A stretch of DNA of 20,833 nucleotides. Source: a phage. Below, one piece after another: positions 1 to 8,938 of the stretch. The notes below the pieces were generated by a model, which did no database searches, was not told where the DNA came from, and saw nothing but the letters and a program-made list of their open reading frames with translations. Position numbers and translations under genes: made by a program. Positions within the stretch are counted from its first letter, which is position 1. Every line of letters begins with the position of its first letter. The stretch is from assembly GCA_012060505.1 (NCBI GenBank), contig GCA_012060505.1_3027.1, one strand, 5' to 3'.

Positions 1-935
1 GATGTCATTTGTTCTAGTTTAGAAAAACGTACATCATATTTTAAACGAAACGCCGGAAGACCGTATATTTCTACCAACGGAACATAATCCCAGACCTGAA
101 ACTTCATGCATTGAGCTTCTTTTTCTGAAATAGTTCCCTTTAAAGATTTATTAGCGATTCCATTAGAAGTAGTACGTGATTCAGCTACTTCGGCGAATTC
201 TTTAGCTTTACTAATTTCAGGATAAGCATCAAAAAGAAAATCTAGGCCTTCTGGCTCCTTTTCAACTTGCTCATGGTATACCAATTCGCCATCAATTAAC
301 ACACCTTCTGGATGAATCTGGCGAGCTTCTGCAGTCATTTTGATTAACTCTTCCTTGAGAAGATCTAATCCTAGATATTCATTACCAGCTCGTGATAAAA
401 GACGAACATCATCTAATTCATCACCTCTGACTTCAGCAAAGCACCGAGCTCCATCAGCTTTTAATTGGGCAAAGGCTGGAAATTTGATATTCTTATTAAT
501 GCCTTTTTCATCATAAGAACTTGCCAGCATTTGAGGTTGTTCAGGAATTAAACCTGGCCAAACTTTGTTTGCAATAGATACTGATGCACCGCATTCAAGG
601 TCTCGCGTCATCACCCGACGCAAAACTTCAACATCATCTTTTTTACCGTCAGTAATATATCCAGTTAATTCCTCAATTGCCGCATTTCCAGTCAATTTCC
701 GAGTAGCTAATGTGAATTCAATGAAGTCAAGCATATCGGTAAGAGTCAACATTCCAAAACTCTGGGTAGCAATACCAGGTTTAGGCCATTTCTTGATATA
801 ATACTGTAACCCACGAGAATAAGTCAGACGATATACTCGTTTGAGCAATTCATTATCTTTATTCTTTTCAAGAATTGCTTGCTTTTGCTTAGTTGAACCA
901 ATAGATGCTATTTCATTCAGAATTTTAAGAATCAT
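1..935 (-). CDS. 30: DNA ligase, N-terminal part; gene continues beyond window position 1
   Basis: Reverse-complement from 935 reads MILKILNEIAS..., matching my recollection of the T4 DNA ligase N-terminus; ATG overlaps the stop of the upstream ORF (ATGA). Not in ORF track because it is truncated by the window edge. Confidence 0.85.
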   Translation of the reverse strand, partial: MILKILNEIASIGSTKQKQAILEKNKDNELLKRVYRLTYSRGLQYYIKKWPKPGIATQSFGMLTLTDMLDFIEFTLATRKLTGNAAIEELTGYITDGKKDDVEVLRRVMTRDLECGASVSIANKVWPGLIPEQPQMLASSYDEKGINKNIKFPAFAQLKADGARCFAEVRGDELDDVRLLSRAGNEYLGLDLLKEELIKMTAEARQIHPEGVLIDGELVYHEQVEKEPEGLDFLFDAYPEISKAKEFAEVAESRTTSNGIANKSLKGTISEKEAQCMKFQVWDYVPLVEIYGLPAFRLKYDVRFSKLEQMT

Positions 936-1201
936 TGTTCATCCTTTAGAGTTTGGTTTACAGCTCTATTATAAATCAATTCATCATTAAGCTCAGTCAA
1001 AGACTTATGATATGTGGTTCTAACTTTATTTCCTTGCATCCAGTGCTTGACGTAAATGAAACCTTGCTCTACACATTTTTTAAAAATTCGTTCGTCTTTT
1101 TGAGCTCGGAATTCTGGATTGCATCTAAAAAATTGATTTACGTGACCGTAATCACGTGTAGTATTACCTTCATTTTCATAAATAGTATGAACAACAAACA
1201 T
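932..1201 (-). CDS. Hypothetical protein, 89 aa (position of T4 30.1)
   Basis: ORF track; ATG start; TAATG overlap with upstream ORF and ATGA overlap with ligase start. Confidence 0.6.
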   Translation of the reverse strand: MFVVHTIYENEGNTTRDYGHVNQFFRCNPEFRAQKDERIFKKCVEQGFIYVKHWMQGNKVRTTYHKSLTELNDELIYNRAVNQTLKDEQ

Positions 1202-2043
1202 TAGAATGCTCCTTGTAAAATATTATCACCACTAGTAGGTCTATTATACAAATACTCTATGCCACCAGGTTTAATATAGTTCCATGTATGAAATGGATGC
1301 ACATGATATGGATGTGTATAATATGGATGGTATGGATTTAATCCAGGAGTTCTCCAGGTAGTATTCCAACGAAAAGAATCGTTTTTAATCATCTTTTTAA
1401 TTACATCTTTTATAGCTTTTTCACTATCAAAACTTTCTTTATTTTCCTTCGATGGAAAAAGCTTATTCTCTACATCATTCCATGTATAAACTCGCTGTGC
1501 AGTTTTTGGAATACTGTCACGTTCCCCTCGAGCCATCCAATAAACAGGCACATTTAATATTTCACTCGCATGATCGCAGTGGTGAGCGAGATCGTCAATA
1601 TAACAAATTACGTTATATTTCTCTTTTGCCTTTTTGAACAACTCTTCTTTTGAAGAATCATGACCACACATCAATACTTCTGAGAAGGCACCAGGAAAAA
1701 GAGCATTCAAATTAAATTGACGATTCAACAGAGCGTCAATAGAATCACCCAATGCTGTAACAGCTACAAAATTATAATCTTCTTTTAATTTGTTAATTAC
1801 ACACAGTGCATCTTTATATGGAGACAAATAACGAATAAAATCTGAACGATTGTATTTTTCAATTAACTTGACGCCAAGTTCTTCGTCACAATTAAAGAGT
1901 TTACCTGGAGAAATAAATTTCTCATCTTGGATCATTTTTAAAATATGTTCTAACGGAAGATTATATTTCTGAGCAAAATAAGGAAGGCCTGATTGCCAGC
2001 TCAAACATACTCCATCAATATCAGTTAAAATAGTTGGCTTCAT
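1201..2043 (-). CDS. HAD-superfamily-like hydrolase, 280 aa (position of T4 30.2), with His/Pro/Tyr-rich C-terminal tail
   Basis: N-terminal LTDIDGV resembles HAD motif I (DxDG[TV]); C-terminus NPYHPYYTHPYHVHPFHTW; ATG start, coupled overlaps both ends. Confidence 0.7.
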   Translation of the reverse strand: MKPTILTDIDGVCLSWQSGLPYFAQKYNLPLEHILKMIQDEKFISPGKLFNCDEELGVKLIEKYNRSDFIRYLSPYKDALCVINKLKEDYNFVAVTALGDSIDALLNRQFNLNALFPGAFSEVLMCGHDSSKEELFKKAKEKYNVICYIDDLAHHCDHASEILNVPVYWMARGERDSIPKTAQRVYTWNDVENKLFPSKENKESFDSEKAIKDVIKKMIKNDSFRWNTTWRTPGLNPYHPYYTHPYHVHPFHTWNYIKPGGIEYLYNRPTSGDNILQGAF

Positions 2044-2498
2044 AGAGAGTCTCTTAATAGGTTTAACACATCAATAAATTCAGCTTCGGTTAGTATTGTA
2101 TCATCTTTTGTTAGACCACTAGCCATGCTGTGCTTCAAAACTTTTCCTTTCGAGGCTTGTAATGCATCGCGAAAGCCTCTGTTTTGAAGCGCTGCTTCAA
2201 AATACGCATTTGTGTATAATTCTTTCCAGGCTGGGGAGTATCTTGAAAACGGAACTCCAAGCCAGAAGAGGGTCCCACGGTCCTGAGCTCTAGCATAAGA
2301 CCTTCCAGCTTGTTGGGCGGCAAGCCCGGATAACCCAAATATACGACGTTGTTGTTCAACATTTTTCACCTTGCACCCTTGGAGGAATCCTTCAAGACCT
2401 CCAAATTGAATGCCATCCATAACGAAAGGCCATTGGGCGAAATTACTTAATGCACATGATGGCCATTTAAAATTGCTTCTAATCTCTAACTCAGACAT
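2040..2498 (-). CDS. NADAR/YbiA-like (DUF1768) protein (position of T4 30.3)
   Basis: Motif SNFAQWPFVMDGIQFGGLEGFLQGCK resembles the FSNF..WP...DG...E..Q..K core of YbiA/NADAR proteins as I recall it. ORF-track start at 2504 appears to be TTG; moved to in-frame ATG at 2498. Confidence 0.6.
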   Translation of the reverse strand: MSELEIRSNFKWPSCALSNFAQWPFVMDGIQFGGLEGFLQGCKVKNVEQQRRIFGLSGLAAQQAGRSYARAQDRGTLFWLGVPFSRYSPAWKELYTNAYFEAALQNRGFRDALQASKGKVLKHSMASGLTKDDTILTEAEFIDVLNLLRDSL

Positions 2499-2697
2499 TT
2501 TCAATGCTTATAATTTCAACATCAGCCCAATGACCATAGCAAGGAAGACGAAATTCAACTGGCCAGTTAGGGTCCTTTTCTAATATAATAGACTCAACTC
2601 GCGGTTCTTCATGTTCATCAGTATATGGATTTTTATCTGTTACTTTATATGTGACCTTAATGTACTGAATTCCAAAAATCTTATTAATTATATTCAT
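2491..2697 (-). CDS. Hypothetical protein, 68 aa (position of T4 30.4)
   Basis: ORF track; ATG start; ATGA overlap with upstream ORF. Confidence 0.5.
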   Translation of the reverse strand: MNIINKIFGIQYIKVTYKVTDKNPYTDEHEEPRVESIILEKDPNWPVEFRLPCYGHWADVEIISIENV

Positions 2698-2891
2698 ACT
2701 AATTCCTTTAATCCGTAGATAGGAGATAATTCATCACCCATACGAAGGTCTTCATTCCCATCTACCCAAGAAACAATATAAGCCTCTTTTATTTGAACAT
2801 TGCCCGATTTAAACGCAGGCAGAACCTTAGAAATTAATCCAGGTATACCAACTCCCTTTAATTCAACAGTTTGACCTAAAAAGAATTTCAT
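2694..2891 (-). CDS. Hypothetical protein, 65 aa (position of T4 30.5)
   Basis: ORF track; ATG start; TAATG overlap with upstream ORF. Confidence 0.5.
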   Translation of the reverse strand: MKFFLGQTVELKGVGIPGLISKVLPAFKSGNVQIKEAYIVSWVDGNEDLRMGDELSPIYGLKELV

Positions 2892-3178
2892 TAGAACCTC
2901 ATCTGAAAACCATGCGATTTAACATTCCCGCCGCCAATATCAGAAATATTAATTTCACTCGCAATTGAAGGGTCAATATCAATTTCACGATTGAGTTTAG
3001 TGATAGCTAAAGTATCACGCCCATTTACTGTACGGAATTCTAAAGGACAAACCACATCAACGTAATTTTTAATCGATTCACTGGTAGGCTGCAAATGAGC
3101 AGGAAGGTCTTTAGGTGCCTTTGAGAAAACCACTTCACAAAAATTTTTGCGGGTGTCAAAATAAGTAGTCATAAACAT
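2891..3178 (-). CDS. Hypothetical protein, 95 aa (position of T4 30.6)
   Basis: ORF track; ATG preceded by GAGGA Shine-Dalgarno. Confidence 0.55.
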   Translation of the reverse strand: MFMTTYFDTRKNFCEVVFSKAPKDLPAHLQPTSESIKNYVDVVCPLEFRTVNGRDTLAITKLNREIDIDPSIASEINISDIGGGNVKSHGFQMRF

Positions 3179-3194
3179 AATATTTTCCTCAGTA

Positions 3195-3210
3195 AGGGGC
3201 CGAAGCCCCT
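3195..3210 (-). other. Intercistronic GC hairpin with UUCG tetraloop between the 30.7- and 30.6-like ORFs
   Basis: Minus strand AGGGGC-ttcg-GCCCCT just upstream of the GAGGA Shine-Dalgarno; no U-tract in the sense direction, a T-run on the plus-strand side. Confidence 0.5.
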
Positions 3211-3219
3211 CATTTTATT

Positions 3220-3585
3220 TTAAATATCAAATTCGTTAAGAACTACATCAAAGATTGCTTCAAGATGCTCAGGTTTAGCTCTGTTACTCAGAATATGACG
3301 AATCCAAGTTTTAACCAAAAGCTTGCGATTATCACCATTCCAGCAAGGATGAGTCCCTAAATCGCGTTGACGAAAATCATCATCTAAAGCGATTTTAAAA
3401 TTTGAACCTTCCATTGTGATTGAAACCGTGATGCCATTTTCAAATCGCATATAAACGTAGTTAGGAGTCATATACTGTTCAATTTCGCATACTGATCCAT
3501 TTTGATGTTTCCAAAGGCAAATAGTATCAATAGAACCTGCAATACCATTAGAAACATATTTACGTTCAAAGTTGATGTAGTTCAT
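3220..3585 (-). CDS. Hypothetical protein, 121 aa (position of T4 30.7)
   Basis: ORF track; ATG preceded by GGAG; early-type promoter immediately upstream. Confidence 0.6.
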   Translation of the reverse strand: MNYINFERKYVSNGIAGSIDTICLWKHQNGSVCEIEQYMTPNYVYMRFENGITVSITMEGSNFKIALDDDFRQRDLGTHPCWNGDNRKLLVKTWIRHILSNRAKPEHLEAIFDVVLNEFDI

Positions 3586-3611
3586 TTTTGTTCTCCGAGA
3601 TGTTTAATTGC

Positions 3612-3651
3612 GGTACAGGTATATAATATCATATCCTGTACCAAAGTAAAC
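3612..3651 (-). promoter_or_regulatory. T4 early-type promoter upstream of the 30.7-like ORF, with the -10 inside an 8-bp inverted repeat
   Basis: Minus strand aaaataattGTTTAC-17 nt-TGaTATTAT; inverted repeat GGTACAGG...CCTGTACC flanks the -10. Confidence 0.6.
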
Positions 3652-3653
3652 AA

Positions 3654-3986
3654 TTATTTTACTACTTTCCAGTGCTTCATGTCAAGTTTACCAACTTTTT
3701 TCATCTTCTCAATCAAACGTTCGGCGCGTTGGCGAGCTGTAACATAATACCATTCACCTAATTCATTTTGTTCAATTTTTCCAACGATTACTGTATTCAA
3801 TTCATAAATCCAACCAGTAAAGAAATTATGAACTTGAATTGTAAAGGTGAAATCTGTTCCCATACCTTCTGTTGTTTCTACTTCAATAATATCACCTTCA
3901 ACTGCCATTAAGAACCACATAGTTTCGTTATATTCACCATTGAAGCATTTAGCTTTAACTGCAGCGTTCAGATTAATCGTTTTCAT
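3654..3986 (-). CDS. Hypothetical protein, 110 aa (position of T4 30.8)
   Basis: ORF track; ATG preceded by AAGGAG; lies just downstream of a terminator plus promoter. Confidence 0.6.
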   Translation of the reverse strand: MKTINLNAAVKAKCFNGEYNETMWFLMAVEGDIIEVETTEGMGTDFTFTIQVHNFFTGWIYELNTVIVGKIEQNELGEWYYVTARQRAERLIEKMKKVGKLDMKHWKVVK

Positions 3987-4011
3987 TTTATTCTCCTTTG
4001 TTTGTGTAAGA

Positions 4012-4044
4012 TAATACTATCACAAAGGAACCATACTGTAAACA
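4012..4044 (-). promoter_or_regulatory. T4 early-type promoter upstream of the 30.8-like ORF
   Basis: Minus strand GTTTAC-18 nt-TGaTAGTAT, just after the terminator; inverted repeat CCTTTGT...ACAAAGG reaches into the Shine-Dalgarno. Confidence 0.45.
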
Positions 4045-4057
4045 ACTTTATGCAATC

Positions 4058-4085
4058 TTTGGAAAATAAAAAAGGACTCCCGAAG
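4058..4085 (-). terminator. Intrinsic terminator downstream of the 30.9-like ORF
   Basis: Minus strand reads GGACTCC-ttcg-GGAGTCC (UUCG loop) followed by TTTTTTTATTTT. Confidence 0.8.
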
Positions 4086-4096
4086 GAGTCCTCAAC

Positions 4097-4273
4097 TTAT
4101 GCTTTCTGCTTACCAAAACGAGAAGCATCATCTCGAAGAACCGCACGTGCTCGGCGCATGATCTTCTCAACAGTTTGATTGATACGAGAGTTCGACCCAC
4201 GCTTGTAACCAGCGCGTTTAGAATCACCAACTTTCTTTTCAACTGCTTTCTTTGCTTTAGCTTGTTTTGCCAT
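4097..4273 (-). CDS. Small highly basic protein (position of T4 30.9); alternative longer start at 4315
   Basis: ORF track 4097..4315; product from second in-frame ATG reads MAKQAKAKKAVEKK...; intrinsic terminator follows the stop. Confidence 0.55.
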   Translation of the reverse strand: MAKQAKAKKAVEKKVGDSKRAGYKRGSNSRINQTVEKIMRRARAVLRDDASRFGKQKA

Positions 4274-4518
4274 TATAAATTCTCTTTTAAATGAAAATGC
4301 AGGACTTATTGGCATTGCCTGCGCAAGCCCTCAAGGGGAACATAGGTTTTTGGGTATTTAACGACCAGGATAACCATAAACCCGTCATCATTCACATTCA
4401 AGAGGTACACCATAAAACTGCCGGGGTCTTAAAACTATAATGATTCGCAAATCATTAATCAGACAGTTCGATGGCTCCTCGATTTTAGCTCACACTAAGG
4501 CAGTGAATCTCCAATAAA

Positions 4519-4767
4519 TTACTTCAATGTTACCACAAAGTGACGAACTGCTTTTCGTGCAGCAGAAGCCAGAGGCTTAGCATACTTAAGTTCATCTTTT
4601 TCCTGAAGCTCAGCAGCTAATGCAGTTTGAGCAGGATTTAGATGTTTGAAATAACGCAGGATTTCAAGAGCTTCGGCTTCAACATCAATAGATGCGCCAT
4701 AGTTTTCGTGACCATTATTCCATGCGTTTCGTTGCAGTTCAAGAGCGTGTTGTAATTGTTTAATCAT
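4519..4767 (-). CDS. rIII: rIII lysis-inhibition accessory protein, 82 aa
   Basis: Size, sequence MIKQLQHALELQ... and position (after gene 31) match my recollection of T4 rIII. Confidence 0.8.
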   Translation of the reverse strand: MIKQLQHALELQRNAWNNGHENYGASIDVEAEALEILRYFKHLNPAQTALAAELQEKDELKYAKPLASAARKAVRHFVVTLK

Positions 4768-4906
4768 TTAAAAATTCTCGTTAGAGATTAAAACTCGGTA
4801 GTCACGTTCTTCTGAATTTCATCTTCTTTCGACAGATCTCTCAGTTGTAGACTACCACATAGAATTGTTCGGTTAACTTATTATTCCGACACCCAATTCA
4901 TATTAT

Positions 4907-4914
4907 TATTTATA
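4907..4914 (-). promoter_or_regulatory. T4 late promoter consensus TATAAATA upstream of rIII
   Basis: Exact TATAAATA on the minus strand in the 31-rIII intergenic region, about 140 nt before the rIII ATG. Only exact match I found; the 8-mer is expected a few times by chance in AT-rich sequence. Confidence 0.4.
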
Positions 4915-5250
4915 TCACTTATAAAGACACGGAATAGCTTTATAGTGACAGGTAACGAATTTTTGTTTAATTTCTTTTGGCTGCTTAAGACCCAGAGCTA
5001 CAAAAGGATGCGGAACATTTCGAATTTGACCAACTGGAAGAGAAGTCAAATCACCAACTTCGCAGAAACCTTCAGGAACATCAGGACCGACAGAGTGAAC
5101 TACACATAATTCAGGAACTTCACCTTGAACACGTTTACCGATAATAAGTCCTGATTCTGTAACTTCTTCATCACCGGCTTGTGCAGGTTCAGAAACTAAA
5201 ATAACATATTCACCGACAGCACGAATTGGTAGCTGTTGTACTTCAGACAT
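4915..5250 (-). CDS. 31: Gp31 co-chaperonin (GroES analogue), 111 aa
   Basis: [22 protein letters not shown]... matches recollected T4 gp31; AAGGAAA Shine-Dalgarno; MotA-type promoter upstream. Confidence 0.9.
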
Positions 5251-5280
5251 CGTTTTTCCTTTTTGTTAACAGATGAATTA

Positions 5281-5309
5281 ATAATAACAAATAATTCTTA
5301 AAGCATTTA
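5281..5309 (-). promoter_or_regulatory. T4 middle (MotA-dependent) promoter candidate upstream of gene 31
   Basis: Minus strand aaaTGCTTTA (MotA-box consensus) - 12 nt - TATTAT, about 30 nt before the gene 31 ATG. Confidence 0.5.
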
Positions 5310-5615
5310 TTTACCAATAAATTGGAGTAAATGCTCAACTTTCATACCATTAACAGAAATCAATTTGTCAATAGAAAAACCTCGCCACTCGCCAAGCTCA
5401 ACATCAAATACTGGAATCATATCAGTAGATTCTTTCCGAGCAGATTCAGTCAATTTACCAGTTTGCATGGTTGGCATAAAGTCAGCATCGCGAGTACCTT
5501 TCATAGTACGAATAGTACCATCAGACTTTTCAAAAACTACGTTTGAAATACCCATGGACAATTTAGTTTTCAAAATTTCACGAATTGCTACTTTCTGTTC
5601 AGTCGTCAGTTTCAT
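5307..5615 (-). CDS. Hypothetical protein, 102 aa (position of T4 31.1)
   Basis: ORF track; ATG start; directly adjacent to upstream stop. Confidence 0.6.
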   Translation of the reverse strand: MKLTTEQKVAIREILKTKLSMGISNVVFEKSDGTIRTMKGTRDADFMPTMQTGKLTESARKESTDMIPVFDVELGEWRGFSIDKLISVNGMKVEHLLQFIGK

Positions 5616-5852
5616 TTATTTACCTATTACAGTTTTAATATGAGTTGTTCCACGTTCTTTAAGGGTGGAAAGTAATTTTTGGCATTTTTCTAAATCAGAT
5701 TTCCAACTATATGGTCTATCAATACAAACCCATTCTGACTTATAATACTGCTTCCATTTAGAGAAAAAATATTTCTTATACTCTACAGCAAATGAAATAT
5801 TCTCATTAGAATAAGAACTAATTGCTGTGAGCTGTACCAAACGAAATTTCAT
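5616..5852 (-). CDS. Hypothetical protein, 78 aa (position of T4 31.2)
   Basis: ORF track; ATG start; TAATG overlap with cd stop. Confidence 0.55.
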   Translation of the reverse strand: MKFRLVQLTAISSYSNENISFAVEYKKYFFSKWKQYYKSEWVCIDRPYSWKSDLEKCQKLLSTLKERGTTHIKTVIGK

Positions 5853-6433
5853 TATTCACCACAGAATTCGTTGATATTTTCCCAGTTTAACTTATTCAAG
5901 TTTTTCTTAGGAACATTAAACACTTCAATACCTGCATTTCGCAGAATATCATCCCAGCCAGGTTTATTTTTATCGTATGTTTCACAATAAACTAGCTTTT
6001 TAATACCAGATTGAGCTATCGCTTTTGCGCAATCTGGACAAGGAGAAAGTGTTACATACATAGTAGCACCTTCAATAGAAGAACCATTTCGTGCAGCAAA
6101 CAAAATTGCATTTAGTTCAGCATGAATTTCATTTTTAGACGACCATTCAGAGTGAGCGCTACGATGTTCTTTCGCCAAGACAAAACGATCAGTTGAACCA
6201 AATGATACACATTCGGGTTTATGACCTTGGATAATAGTATGTTTAGGTTTATTCAGCAACCAACCTTGCTCGGCAGCATAATCACAGCAGTTCACACCAC
6301 CAGCAGGTGAACCATTATATCCGGTAGAAATAATACGTCCATTCTTTTCAATTACTGCTCCTACCTTCCAGGAGCAACATTTTGATTCTTGTGATACTAA
6401 ATATGCAATTTGAAGTACTGTACTCGCTTTCAT
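5852..6433 (-). CDS. cd: dCMP deaminase, 193 aa
   Basis: Zinc-binding deaminase signatures HAELNAI and SPCPDCAKAI; size and sequence match recollected T4 Cd. Confidence 0.9.
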   Translation of the reverse strand: MKASTVLQIAYLVSQESKCCSWKVGAVIEKNGRIISTGYNGSPAGGVNCCDYAAEQGWLLNKPKHTIIQGHKPECVSFGSTDRFVLAKEHRSAHSEWSSKNEIHAELNAILFAARNGSSIEGATMYVTLSPCPDCAKAIAQSGIKKLVYCETYDKNKPGWDDILRNAGIEVFNVPKKNLNKLNWENINEFCGE

Positions 6434-6768
6434 TTCATAATCACCAGATAAGCAGATTTAGCAGTTTCAACACGATAAATTTCGTGACGAAGTTTAGTTA
6501 TACTTTTAATAACAGAACTAATTATATTCTGCCCATCTTTAAAGCGGTTTTTCTTGTCAATAAAAATTGCGCCAACCATCTTTTTGTGAAGCTCAACTGG
6601 ATACTTCGTCACAATAATAGCATCATATACAGAAGGATGAATACTATTTACTAGAGTGTCATTCATTAAAGTTATTCTAATGAACTGTGCTGTTTCAGAG
6701 TCAAGCGCTCTATGATCGCCAGTATCATTTTCAAGACAATTATCAATTATATCAGTTAAATTCATCAT
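6430..6768 (-). CDS. Hypothetical protein, 112 aa (position of T4 cd.1)
   Basis: ORF track; tandem ATG ATG start; ATGA overlaps. Confidence 0.55.
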   Translation of the reverse strand: MMNLTDIIDNCLENDTGDHRALDSETAQFIRITLMNDTLVNSIHPSVYDAIIVTKYPVELHKKMVGAIFIDKKNRFKDGQNIISSVIKSITKLRHEIYRVETAKSAYLVIMK

Positions 6769-7004
6769 AGTACGCCATACACCCTTTGTGCTTCAACTAA
6801 TCCATCAAAATCTAATTTAAGATGCGATATTTGATCGCCATCACCTGGATTCACAATTACTAATACTGAACGAGGAGTTTCGGTAATAACACGAACCGAT
6901 GTTTCAGGAAATCGTTCAGAAACCTTATTTACTAATTCCTGCGCAAATAGTTTAACTTTTTCTTGGAATTCTTTAACAGTAATTGGTTTTTCACTTAGCA
7001 GCAT
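6765..7004 (-). CDS. Hypothetical protein, 79 aa (position of T4 cd.2)
   Basis: ORF track; ATG preceded by GAGGAAA; early-type promoter upstream. Confidence 0.55.
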   Translation of the reverse strand: MLLSEKPITVKEFQEKVKLFAQELVNKVSERFPETSVRVITETPRSVLVIVNPGDGDQISHLKLDFDGLVEAQRVYGVL

Positions 7005-7025
7005 TTTGTTTTCCTCATTTGTTTG

Positions 7026-7064
7026 GTAGAGCTATAATATCACAACTCTACCGTAAAGTAAACT
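7026..7064 (-). promoter_or_regulatory. T4 early-type promoter upstream of the cd.2-like ORF, with the -10 inside a 7-bp inverted repeat
   Basis: Minus strand GTTTAC-18 nt-TGaTATTAT; inverted repeat GGTAGAG...CTCTACC flanks the -10. Confidence 0.6.
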
Positions 7065-7065
7065 A

Positions 7066-7341
7066 TTAAATTGCTTTGAATTCTGCTGTCTGCGATTCAA
7101 AACGAATATCGCCTTTGATGACTAGCTCAGCATCAAGACCGAATACGACAATGATATGCGCGGAACCTGGATACAACGTAATAGCAATAGAATCCACCTG
7201 GTCTGGAAGCAAAGTGTTCAATACATGAGTCACTTGAGCATGGATTCGAAGTTCAGCGGCGTTATCAAGCTTTTCAAACATATTATTAGCGATAATTTGA
7301 CTAAACACTACTTCTACGATTTTAGAATAAGTCGGAAACAT
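7066..7341 (-). CDS. Hypothetical protein (position of T4 cd.3)
   Basis: ORF track 7066..7371 appears to start at TTG; moved to in-frame ATG at 7341, which has a GAGGT Shine-Dalgarno. Confidence 0.5.
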   Translation of the reverse strand: MFPTYSKIVEVVFSQIIANNMFEKLDNAAELRIHAQVTHVLNTLLPDQVDSIAITLYPGSAHIIVVFGLDAELVIKGDIRFESQTAEFKAI

Positions 7342-7343
7342 AT

Positions 7344-7544
7344 TTACCTCACATAATTTTCTTCGAGCCAATCAATAACATCCAACGCATTATCAAAAGT
7401 TGAACCATCTACTTTGTCTTCTGTTTCATAATCAAGAACATCTAAGCCTACTCTTCCATCAACAATAGGCCATAAACAAAACAGGTATTTCTTTTCTTTT
7501 TCAATTTTATCGCAAAGATGATAAATTTTTTCTATGTTATTCAT
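7344..7544 (-). CDS. Hypothetical protein, 66 aa (position of T4 cd.4)
   Basis: ORF track; ATG start; overlaps upstream stop. Confidence 0.5.
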   Translation of the reverse strand: MNNIEKIYHLCDKIEKEKKYLFCLWPIVDGRVGLDVLDYETEDKVDGSTFDNALDVIDWLEENYVR

Positions 7545-7733
7545 AAGTTTTCCATGGTAAAGGCAGTTTAGTTTTCTTTACTGTTAGTTCAACATCAGGA
7601 TTCTTTTCTCTTAATTTAAGGCATTCCTCCCAAGCTCTGATTTCACTAGTGAATACACAAAATTGCCCATTACTAGTACCGACTAAACCACTATTTACAA
7701 TAATAATAGCCCAAGTTTCATGATGCCACGCCA

Positions 7734-7734
<1 letters not shown>
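7537..7734 (-). CDS. Hypothetical protein, 65 aa (position of T4 cd.5)
   Basis: ORF track; start overlaps pseT stop. Confidence 0.5.

Positions 7735-8938
<1,204 letters not shown>

Noticed and set aside
565-801. Plus-strand ORF of 78 aa
   Set aside because: Lies entirely inside the minus-strand DNA ligase gene; no Shine-Dalgarno noted; all credible genes in the window are on the minus strand.
953-1204. Plus-strand ORF of 83 aa
   Set aside because: Antisense to the 30.1-like ORF; low-complexity product typical of AT-rich antisense frames.
2135-2362. Minus-strand ORF of 75 aa inside the NADAR-like gene
   Set aside because: Alternative frame within a longer ORF that has a recognisable domain.
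4048-4242. Minus-strand ORF of 64 aa
   Set aside because: Out-of-frame overlap with the 30.9-like ORF and spans the terminator hairpin.
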